A stretch of DNA of 64,000 nucleotides from Lytechinus pictus (taxonomy: Eukaryota), in assembly GCF_037042905.1 (NCBI RefSeq), contig NC_087255.1, positions 23,250,001 to 23,314,000 of the forward strand. Direction: 5' to 3'. Shown here piece after piece: positions 12,301-24,300 of this stretch. Each line of letters starts with the position of its first letter. Position 1 is the first letter of the stretch. The position numbers and the translations under genes are program-made. The notes below the pieces were generated by a model, which saw only the letters and a program-made list of their open reading frames with translations, ran no database searches and was not told the DNA's origin.

Positions 12301-15300
12301 ACCTAACTCTGCAACCGTAAGTCACTTTTCAACCAAACTTGAATGGCAGATGGATTTTGGGTACCTGCATGTTATGCTGCAGTCGATGGTCAGATGGTAA
12401 GGTCAAAGGTCATTTTCAGGTCAACGTTAAAGTTTACATGCAAGACTCTCTTATGACACCTAACTCCGCACCCGTAAGTCACTTTTCAACCAAACTTGGA
12501 TGTTAGATGGACTTGGGGGACCTGCATGTTATGCTGCAGTCAGAGGTTACATGGTAAGGTCAAAGGTCATTTTCAGGTCAACGTTGAAGTTTACATGCAA
12601 GACTCTTTCTCCGCAATCTTAAGTCACTTTTCAACCACACTTGGATGGTAGATGGGCTTGGGGGACCTGTATGCTAAGGTCATTGTCGCCATGATAATTG
12701 TATTTATTTGTCAAATTTCAGTGTGAGCTCTATATATCGCAATGACGGATGACCCGGTGGGTTCGGGGATACCTGTGCCTGGTTGCGCGACCCGCCGAGC
12801 ATCTCTAGTTTCTGCATCAATTAGGTTCATACTTTGTACGTATGATCCTTGGGTAATACCACGTGTGTCCATGGGGTCATATGTCATCTAGGGGTCAAAT
12901 GATATGAGGTCATGTATGTCCCCAAAATATTAAAGTTTTTGTTCAACTTCCTCTCATTTCTGCATCAATTATTTTGACACTTGGTACATTTGATCCATGG
13001 GTAATACCACATGTGTGTCCATGAGGGTGATGGGGTCAAAGGTCATCTGGGGGTCAAAAGGTCAAGTTTTTGTTCAAATTGCTCTTATTTCTTTATTTCT
13101 TCAATTATGTTGACACTTGGTACATATGATCTTTGGGTAATACCACATGTTTGTCCATGAGGGTGATGCCTTGGTGACAAAGGTTATCTGGGGGTCAAAA
13201 TGTCAAGTTTTTGTTCAAATTGCTCTCATTTCTTCAATTCTGTTGACACTTGGTACATATGATCCTTGGGTAATGCCACATGTGTGTCCATGAAGGTGAT
13301 GGGGTCAAAGGTCATCTGGGGGTCAAAAGGTCAAGTTTTTGTTCAAATTGCTCTCATTTCTTTATTTTTGCATAAATTGTGTTTACATTTGTTACAAATA
13401 TCCATTGGGTAATATACTCCACATGTGTCTATGAGGATGATAAGGTCAAAAGATCATATTGCATATTTTATCGATCACGTTATCAGGCGAGACTTGTAGT
13501 TCGTGAGCCACCTTGTTTATGTGATACATACACAAGAGGTATCAGTTGCAATATCACTTATTTGTGAAAAACACTATTTGTTTCATTTGTGAGAAACCAT
13601 ATTACAATGATTTCAATTTCACTTTGCTTTGTACCTTCAAGGAAGAGGTACTATTGCTATATGATTGTCCTTGATTGGGTTGATAAAGCTTAGCAAGGAC
13701 TTGTAGGTGGGATGGGGGTGGGGCAGGGCAATTATTGGATTAACCACACAGACAAAGTGTAGTCCAGGGTTGAAGGGGGGGGGGTGGGCAAGCAGTCTCT
13801 GAATTTCCTGTGGCTTTATCACTATCTGGAAATACAGGAAAATTTCATATTGCTCTGATGTCTTTCATTTAATAACAGGTGGTGGAGGTGGCGGTGGCGG
13901 TGGTGGGAATTGCTTTAGATGTGGAGAATCAGGCCACTTCGCCAAGGAGTGCCCCAATCCAGATACAAGAAGTAAATTTTTATGTGATGTAGTGGAGTAA
14001 TGAGAAAATGAAAAATTATAAGTTGAGGGGGCATGATATTGCATTGGGTAAAATGTCTAAAAAGTTGAGAGCAAAATCATGACTTCTTTCAAATGGATAT
14101 CTAGTTATGCAATTGATTTTGAGATGGTCAGAAAATGATATTTCACCAAATATGTTTTTTTTTTTCTTTTTTTTCTTCTTTAATCATTGGACTTGTGTGT
14201 GATGTGTGTAATAATGCTTTCTATTTTATCAACACTACCCTTCTCACTGACATCACCCTTCTCACTGACATAGTTTTTACTTTCACTTCTTTTATATTAA
14301 ATTCACCCCGTTCCGCATACCTTTGTAATCTAGTAACTACTGCTACTAACTACTAACCCTTCAAATTTTTCTGAGATCCCAAATGTATAAATACTAATTA
14401 CCGATCTTAGGCCGATGATGAGTTGTAAATCTTGAAACATGTTCTGTTTATTAACATATTATGGAAATGTACACATGTTAAACAGATTTTGCTATTTATC
14501 TTTTTTGTTTCTGTATTTTTTACTTCTGCAGCTGAAGGTGAAGGTGGAGAAGGTGAGTTAATCTGTTTGATATCTTTATTAATCTGTTTGATATGTTTGT
14601 TAATCTGTTTGGTATGTTTGTTAATCTGTTCAATATGTTTGTTAATTTGTGCGGGTGTAAAATGAAGCTAAAGGGGTATGTGACACAGACCTGTTGCATA
14701 AAATTTACTTTTATACTTATACCATGGAAAGTGTGAGCAACAGCCGATCTAAATCAAGGATTTCCAAATACGTTCAACCCTCTAAATTTTGTATGGCTTG
14801 ATGGAATCGTGGTTAGAAAAAAGTGTTATCTTACTAGGTATTGCTCTATTATTTCTCCTTCATTAAGAGTTCAAGTGATCAGAGTGATTTTTCAAAATCA
14901 GCCTTAATATAACCATCTGAAAATCTCCTTATGGGATATGCAGACATAAAATCAATTCAATCTTTATTTCGCAAATAAAATAAAAATGCAAAGAAACATC
15001 GAGTGTGAGTTGATACACAATCAATTGCAGGCTTTCCACGAAGGTCATAAAAAACCTATCAGGCTGGATCGCCAAAACAGAACACAACATAAATATATAA
15101 ATAAATGAATAAATAAATGGATCTATTTGTTTATTTACAGCCAAGCCACCTGCGTCCACCTATGTCCCTCCTCCCCCTTCCGAAGAAGAAGAACAGATAT
15201 ACATGAGCACACAGCAGGGTATCAACTTCAACAGGTATGATGATATCCCGGTAGAAGTCAGCGGTCGGGACGGGCCCAAAAATATACGATCATTCGAGGA

Positions 15301-18300
15301 GGCGGGGCTAGACGAGACGGTGTTGGAAAACGTACGCAAGGCCCGTTATGCCAAGCCAACACCTGTACAGAAGTACGCTATACCCATCATCGGCGCTGGT
15401 CTTGATCTCATGGCATGCGCCCAAACGGGTTCCGGGAAGACGGTGGGTTTACTTAATTTCATATGAACCTTTTTACTACTCACACTGTAGTCTATGATAA
15501 TAATGGGAGCGTTTCACGAAAGGACTTGACAGACGTTTTATCCGACAGTTGCCATAGTAACAGTGCTTCTCAGCCAGTCAAAACCAAGGAAAGTTGTCAA
15601 GACAAACATGTGTTGAAACACTCCCCAAGTTTTCAATTTCTGAGGTGTTCAAATTTTGAAACTGTTATACAATTTTCGGCCAAATTTCAGATCACAACAA
15701 GGCTATAAGATATAAATTGTCATGTGATTAATATCCGTTTCAACTTTAATCACTTAAGACTTTTCCCATGAAACTGGCAGCATCACACTTAGCTACCTAC
15801 TGTAAGGTTACAGTGCACCTTTGTATTCTTTTGTGCTGCATGAATTAATTTGTAGTCTTTCCATTCTTCAAAAGTTCTTTAAGATGGGTTTAGTCGTTGT
15901 CTATGAAAACCAGTTGGTCTGTTAAGTAAGCTGGTGGAAATACATTGATTAGTCAATGTAGCAATGTTTACCAATATATTTCAGATTCTATCAGGACCCT
16001 CAACTATGCAGCATTTACGTCACAATGGTGAAGTTAATGATAATCTCAATGACACTGTACGACCACTTTCATTTCCATCCAGGCGGCCTTCCTCCTCCCT
16101 ATCATCACCAACATGATCACTCAATTGGGCTGCGTCAGTTGCTTCAGCGTGGTTCAAGAACCCCTCGCACTCATCGTGTCGCCTACCCGCGAGCTTGCCA
16201 GCCAGATCCAGAGCGAGGCACGCAAGTTCTGCCGCAACACTAGCCTGCGACCCGTGGTGATTTACGGCGGCACCAGCGTTGCGCATCAGACCAGGGAAGT
16301 TCAGAATGGATGTTCAATCCTCGTCGCAACACCTGGACGTATGCATGATTTCATTGGCAGAGGACATGTAAGTTGAATCAGCAGCTTAAATTGCCCAGAA
16401 TTCAATGCTGTTTTCAGGCCAGCCTTTTCCGGTTAGGATTAAATCACATGAAGTTATGCAAAGCTCATTGTGGGTGCAAGAGCTCTATCAAAACGACACC
16501 CTTAAATGAGTATTATGCAATTAATAGGTATGAGAAGAACTTGGTGCAGACGTAAACCCCAGAAGTTAGAAGTCAACGGATCAAGACCAGGAACCCGTTG
16601 ATTAAAGAAAAGTAACCTAACAATTTTTGTAAAGTATGCCATCATGTATGGCTCATCAGCTGATCAAACTGAAGTATTCCATGGTAGTTCACAAGCTTGC
16701 CATGATTGTATGTCTTTTTTTCCCTTTAAAATGCTTGAATGCATAACAGTAACTCGGCTACTAATAGACTTCTGGTAAAGACATATTAGGCATTATTTGT
16801 TTTTTTCTTAAAGGTCAAGTCCACCCCAGAAAAATGTTGATGTGAATAAATAGAGAAAAATCAAACAAGCATAACACTGAAAATTTCATCAAAATCGGAT
16901 GTAAAATAAGAAAGTGATGACATTTTAAAATTTCGCCTATGTTTCACAAAACAGTTATATGCACAACTCAGCAACATGCAAATGAGAGATTCGATGATGT
17001 CCATCACTCACTATTTCTTTTTTTTTTCTTTTTTTTTGAATTATACAAAATTTCAATTTTTACAGATTTAACATTAAGGAACTAACTTTGCTGAACCATA
17101 AAACATTAAAAGAATGGAAATACCACATGTTCATGGAGGAATAAAACTTTGTTTCATAGAACAATGAGGAGAAAATTAGAATATTTCATATAATGAAATA
17201 CAAAAGAAAGAGTGAGTGGATGACGTCATCAGTCCCCTCATTTGCATACCGACCAGGATGTACGTATAACTGTTTTGTGAAATTAAGCGAAACTTTAAAA
17301 TGTCATAACTCTCTTATCTTACACCCAAGTTTGATTAAATTTTCAGTGTTACGCTTGTTGGATTTTTCTCCTTTTATTCAAATCAACTTTTATTAGGGGT
17401 GGACTTTTCCTTTCATGCCGTTTAACCCTAAATAGACTGGGCTATTTCGATGCCTAAGAAGACTGGGGGGGGGGGCTGATTCAGCCCCCCCTTATGATCT
17501 CGGCCGTCAATCGCGCGATCGCGACAAAACTTGGCACGCGCGTTACCCATGGCATGATCTACAAAACTACAAGATCAAATTCTTCGAAAAATCTCATTGC
17601 TAATTAATTATGCTAAATTATGCGTAAAATCAAAAGTTTGCTTTAATTAACTAAATAATGCCCCTAAAATGCTAAATTTTGGTACACAGACACTTTATAT
17701 GAATCTGATCAAATGTACTTAAAAAAATTCAAAATCACATTTATTTTCTTATGTATTTTATTGTTTTCTAAATTTCTTATGTATTTCTTTGTTTTCAACT
17801 GTCTGTTTTTTATTGGTTTTTCAATGTAAATTGTCAGGGACTTTATTTTGACCATAAATAAGATGGAATCAATTGATTTCAATCTGTAAAAGGAAAAATA
17901 ATGATACATTTTATGAGTTTTGGCTGAAAAGACTATTTGCATTGGATTTGTACACAAATTCACGTTTTTGTGCAATTTTCAATTTTGGGTCTGCATGCAC
18001 TTTCAAAATGTTACGTAATTTCGAAACCGCGTGCCTGGGGGTCGCAAATTTGGTCTCAAAAGTTGCGTGAGACTTGAATGTAAAAAGTCAGTGAGCGACG
18101 CGGTAAAAAAGCGGATTTATCACGAAAAATGTCGAGGGGGGGGGGGCTGAATCAGCCCCCCCCCCCCCCCCCCCCAGTGTTATTAGGGTTAATGCCCTAG
18201 CTGTCGGTTATCATGTACACAATGTAACAGTATTTCAAGCATTTGTTTTTTGCTGTTTTCCCTGTCACTGTAGATTGGCCTAGGTAAACTGAAGTATCTG

Positions 18301-21300
18301 ATCCTTGACGAGGCAGACCGCATGGTGGACATGGGCTTTGGTCCCGAGATCCAGAAGCTCATTGACCACCCGCACATGCCTCCCAAGGGTGAGCGTCAAA
18401 CCCTGATGTTCAGTGCCACCTTCCCCCCTGAGATCCAGGAGAAGGCTGGGATGTACCTCAACGACTATCTCTTCTTGACTGTCGGCAGGGTGGGAGGAGC
18501 TGCCTCTGACATCGAGCAGAGGGTACTCTCCGTCAAGCAGTTTGAGAAGCGGGAGAAGCTGATGGAGATCCTCAGGGATCAGAACGGTAGGTTTTGTTAC
18601 AAGTATATTTTCCTGTCCGGGGGAAAGAAGGAGCTAGTGTAGGAAATATATGAGGGCTGCGGGCGATGTCGCCCTCTCTGACAACCTGAAGTCCCCCTAG
18701 AATTTTCAAAGCAGAATTATTTTGGGGCGACCATCTTTTTTAAAGTTGGCCAAAGATCTGACTCAAACAATATTGTGGATAGTAATGCATTGGAGAGATG
18801 TTCTGAATGGGCGTGGGGATAGTACCGGTAGTAGGTACATGGAAGAGGTCGTTGGTAAACCAAACTCAACATAAGACAATTATTGTGGAAAGGTAGCCCC
18901 CGAAATTTTTTTTAAAAGCCTCTGAAAGTTATAAAAGTACTCCCAATTATTTTCAAAAAACTTGATTTTGGAGCCCCCCCAAAAAAAAAATTCCCTAAAG
19001 AGTCTGTGAATAATTTGATAGCATATTTTAGGGGCCTTATTTAGTTAATTGGAGCAAATTTTCTAATTTACATATAAATCAAGAATTAGCAATGAGATTG
19101 TTCGAAGAATTTGATCATACTGTTCTGTAGATTATGCTGTGGGTAACACGCGTGTCGATATTCGTCGCGTTCCCGCGATTGGCGGCCAAGATCATAAGGA
19201 AGGCTGAATCAGCCCCCCCCCCCCTATCTTTTTAGGGTTAACAAGCTGGAGAGGCTGATGGAGAACTTGAGGGATCAGACATGTAGATTTGGGTAGTATC
19301 TTTTCTTGACTTGGGGAGGGTAGGAGCTGCCTATGACATCGAGCAGAGGGTGCTCTCTGTCGGGTAGTTTGAGAAATGGGAGAGGTTGATGTGGGAGGAA
19401 CTGCCTCTGACATTGAGCAGAGGATGTTCTCAGTCAGGCAATCCTATAAAGGGATCAGAACATTAGATTTGGGTAGTATCTCTCCTTGACTTGGGGTATA
19501 TTATAAATCGATCATTATCTTCATGGTTGAATTCTCATCTTTTTCAGAGGATGATCGTACCTTGGTGTTTGTTGAGATGAAGAGGAATGCTGATTTCTTG
19601 GCTACTCTTCTAAGTCAGTCTGACTTCCATGCTACAAGTATACATGGGTAAGTCTTCCATTACTTTATTAGATTTTTTTAAAAGGTGATAAAATTTTCAA
19701 TAATTTATTAAGAAACTAAGTTCATAAAGAACTATGATTCACAGGCAGCTGATTGAAGGCATATCACTTTATAACCCGGAGTGAATGTGATTCAGTTCGT
19801 TTTTTGCCCCCCAGTCCCAGGTGATGCCAAACAAATAACAATTTTTGATCCGTTATCTATCCCCCCAGTGACCGTCAACAGCAGGAGCGTGAAGAAGCTT
19901 TGCGAGAATTCAAGATCGGCCGTGCACCAATCCTCGTTGCTACATCAGTTGCTGCCAGAGGTCTCGACATCCCAAAGGTCAAGCATGTTGTCAACTATGA
20001 CCTGCCTAAGGAGATTGACGAGTATGTGCATCGTATTGGGCGTACCGGTCGTGTTGGAAACACTGGAAGATCGACTAGCTTCTATGATGCTGAGAAGGAT
20101 TCTAACATTGCCAGGGCTCTTATCAAGATCTTGGCTGATGTAGGTCACTTCATAAGAAACGTGCAGAACTTATCCCATTTTCACCAAAATATTTGATAAT
20201 ACTTATCATAGGAAGCCTTAGATTAAGAAATTATGAAGTATATGGGTCAGAATACCAACATAAATGCACAAAAACTTGTATAACATTACTAGAAATACTT
20301 CATTCATTTATCAGAATTAATAATTCATAACCTACCTTGATTCTTAGTAAATACATTTCAATCGATTTTAACAAAATACATGTAACTGAGGGTCAAATTA
20401 CTTACATCAATGCCTAAAAAATCTAAGATTTCACAAGAAAACTTTATTTTATATGTTGTTTAATAAAAATAAAAAAAGAGAAAAATAATGCAGTAATAGT
20501 AGTGTAGATTTGTAGAGCACACCGTCCAAAGACGCTCATGGGGTCAGCTCAGCATCAGGTCTCTTTTACATAACAAGCTACAAATATAAGCTAATCTACA
20601 TATAACCTGAAATTCAAAAGATAATCACACCGAAATAGTTCAGTCATTTGTTCTTTTCAAACGTACTATAAATAATAATGCCATTGGGATGTACGATTAC
20701 AGCTTTGTAAGGCATATTATTGTGATGGATATGTAATTGTGTTGTTTACCATACAGGCTTCTCAAGATGTACCCGAGTTCCTAGAGGAGGCAGCTGAATC
20801 AGCTCTCGGAACATACTATGGTAATGCTGGTGGAAGCTTCGGAGGCCGTGACACCAGAAAGGTACGCAGAACCCCTACGTTATAGTTTTTGTCTCGCCTG
20901 CATAGCAGAGCGAGACTATAGGGGTCGCTTTTCCGACTGCGGCGGCGGCGTCAACATCAAATCTTAACCAAAGGTTAAGTTTTTGAAATGACATCATAAC
21001 ATAAATATATGGACCTAGTTCATGAAACTTGGGCATAAGGGTTATCAAGTAATACTGGACATCCTGCCTTGGTTTCAGGTCACATGACCAAGGTCAAAGG
21101 TAATTTAGGGTCAATGAACTTAGACTTTGTTGGGAAATCAATATCAAAATCTTAACCTAAGGTTAAGTTTTTGAAATGCCATCATTACTTCGAAAGTATA
21201 TGGATCTAATTCATGAAACTTACACATAAGGGTAATCAAGTATTACTGAACATCCTGCCTTGGTTTTAGGTCACATGACCAAGGTCAAAGGTCATTGAGG

Positions 21301-24300
21301 GTCAATGAACTTTGGGCATGTTGGGGGTATTTGTTGAATTTCCATCATAACCTTAAAGACCCTGACCGGTGTAAAAACAGTCATATATCAAAATAAAGGT
21401 AATGATTCATACAATACAAATATACCAAAAATATTACATATATCTCCTTCCATTTCTGACAAATATTAAATAAAAATCAAAGAAACTGCTCCTCCAAAGT
21501 ACGCTTCGATTGAGCACCCCCACGTCGCCTGAAAATGATGACGTCACGTTGTGTTAGGAGGGTTGTGATTCCATAGGTTTGTGTACAAAAGCATTGGGTA
21601 TTTTCTTCCATTTCCATGTTATGAATCCATTTTTTTTTTTCGTTTTCAGATGAAAATGGCACTCAAAATTATTCACTGTTCAAATTGTTGTAAACCTACA
21701 ACTATTCACTACCTTTTTTGTGATTTTTTTGTTTGGCTCTTATTGGGCCTAAATTGCTATGTCAGGAAAAGTTGTTATACATAATCTAAATGCAGATAGA
21801 ATTGAAATCTGCGCCAAATAAGCAGGAAATAAAATATGGCAATAACTAGTTCAAAACTGTAGATTTCATAAATTCAAGCTTGTGGGTAAAAATATATGTG
21901 ATATCCCTCTGTGATAGAAGTGAAGAGAATGAAATGCGTTATCTGGAAAGCAAAAAATCACCCAGTTTTTCAGTGTACAAACCTATGGAATCACGACGCT
22001 TCTTACACAACGTGACGTCACGGTCTCGAGGCAGGTGAAAAGCACAATAAAGCTTATTTTCTAAGCGGGGTTCGAAGCCCGATAATTGGAATATTCACAA
22101 GCAAAATACTCGGCTGGGAAGCGGTGAAAATGCATAAAGCATACCTTGCTGTATTTAGTAGCTTATAAGCTTTCGATTTGTATATAATTTATCAATTTCA
22201 TTTTCGGGTCCGGTCTGGATCTTTAATGTTTATGGAGCTAGCTTATAAAACTTGGACATAAGAGTAATCAATTCACTGAACATCATGTGCAAATTTCAGG
22301 TCACATGACCAAGGTCAAAGGTCATTTAGGGTCAATGATCTTTGGCCATGTTGGGGGTATTTGTTGAATTACCATCGTTACTTTGAAAGTTTATGGATCT
22401 AGTTCATAAAACTTGGACAAAAGAGTAATCAGGTATCACTGAACATCCTGTGCAAATTTCAGGTCACATGACCAAGGTCGAAGGTCGATGAACTTTGGCC
22501 ATGTTGTACCTAATTGTTGAATTGTCATCGTAACTGAAAGTTTATGGATATAGTTAAAGGACGAGTCCACCCCAACAAATAATTGATTTTAATAAAAAGA
22601 GAAAAATCCAACAAGCATAACACAATAAAATACATTACAAAATAAATGCGATGTTGAAATTTTTTAAAGTACATTTGATCAGATTCCTATATAGAGTCTT
22701 TGTACCAAAAATTAGCATTCTAGGGGCATTATTTAGTTAGAGCAAACTTTTGATTTTACGCATAAATTAGCATAACTAATTAGCAATGAGATTTTCGCAG
22801 AAATTGATTTTATAGTTTTGTAGAATATGCCATGGGTAATGCACGTGCCAATTTTTGTCACGACTGAGATCATAAGATGAATCAGCTGAGATAAAAATAG
22901 GAAAGAAAGAAATGTCCAAAAAAAAAGAAGGAAAATGATAATAGGAGGGCATTCATCTGTAATTGTAATGTTTTTGAGAGGACACTTTGTGTAATCAATA
23001 TCAGTCATTGATTTTTCCTCCTAATCCAATTACACACCCAACCGCATTTATCACAACAGATACTGGTCAATTACAATGCATATTTAGAATAACAATACAT
23101 GTCTAAAACAATAAGATTGTAAAGTACTTAATACGCATTGTTCTAATTGCTAGTTACAGTAAAAAGATATCAGTTGAAGAATTGAGTAATAAATGCTGTT
23201 GATTAAAAGATATGGGTAGTGAAATACAAAATAACATATACTCAAGCCCACTCAAAGTAAGTGAACAGAGACTATGATTTGCAAAATAGAAAACGTCAGA
23301 GAATTGAATCTACATGAAGGATAATTTTTCAAATTACAAGGAATAATCTAACAGATAACAAAAATGACTGATTTATCATTGATTAAAGAGATTACTTAGT
23401 GATTACATCCGGGGGGGGGGGGGGGGGGGCACTTCCATTGGCGAGTGGATACCATGCTCGAGCAAAAAAAATCATGTAAAAAGGATCTCTTTTTCAAGAT
23501 GGGGCACGTTAAGTACGTAACATAATAAGGGTGTCAAAAACACTAAAATAATGAAATAAGGGTATATATTTTGTTTGGAAAACTACGTGTTTACAGTCCA
23601 ATTTGTGAAGGTATAAAAGACTAAAATACTTTATAAAGGATGAACTTTTTGCCTGATCACTACATGTTTAGGGTCTGCTTTGAGCAAAGTGTGTGGGGTG
23701 GTACTAAACCCAAAGAAAGAAAAGGTAAAGCCGACATCTGTGATCATGTCCGTGACATAACAACTAAGATATCGTTGTACTTGTTTAGGGGGGTTAATTC
23801 AGGGAATACTTGTCAATGGTACCGTTTTGTTTCCAATACTCGTTAAGGGTAGGGTTTCACATGCCAATACTTGTTAGGGGTGCATTTTCAGAACATGGAA
23901 AATACTTGTTTAGGGTGCTTTTCGAAACCCCATGGTCATGTATGGTATCCACTCGTCAATGGAAGCGCCCCCCCCCCCCCCCCGGATTACATTTATTATT
24001 GATTAAAGAGTGTTAGTGAGTCATGAATATGAAGAGGGAGAGTGTTCCAAATCCTTAGAGCACATATGGCAAAGGCTGCATCACAATAGCACCTATGGAT
24101 TCGAGGACCGTTAGGAAGTGGAAGGTGGATAATGAGAGATAAAGTGGTAAAGGAAAGAAAATGTCCTTGCTTTTTCAGAAGTTTTTGTGTCACAGAACCA
24201 TTTTGCGAATTCTGATAACTATTTCATTGGAGGCATAAAAAAAGATTGACATGAATAAAAACTTCGGCTCCTCTCTATTATTCTTGTTTCTTTTTTCTTT

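Noticed and set aside
11838-13460. CRISPR-like array
   Set aside because: Head-to-tail tandem units without unique spacers, in eukaryotic intronic DNA; the 28395 repeats have only three copies with irregular spacing and no cas genes
8418-13971. Knuckles as retrotransposon gag or a separate CNBP-like gene
   Set aside because: They are spliceable exons in frame with the helicase; no gag/pol context
15203-15220. MSTQQ in Vasa as an LC8-binding TQT motif
   Set aside because: Imperfect anchor, directly adjoining the structured GINF segment; too weak to claim
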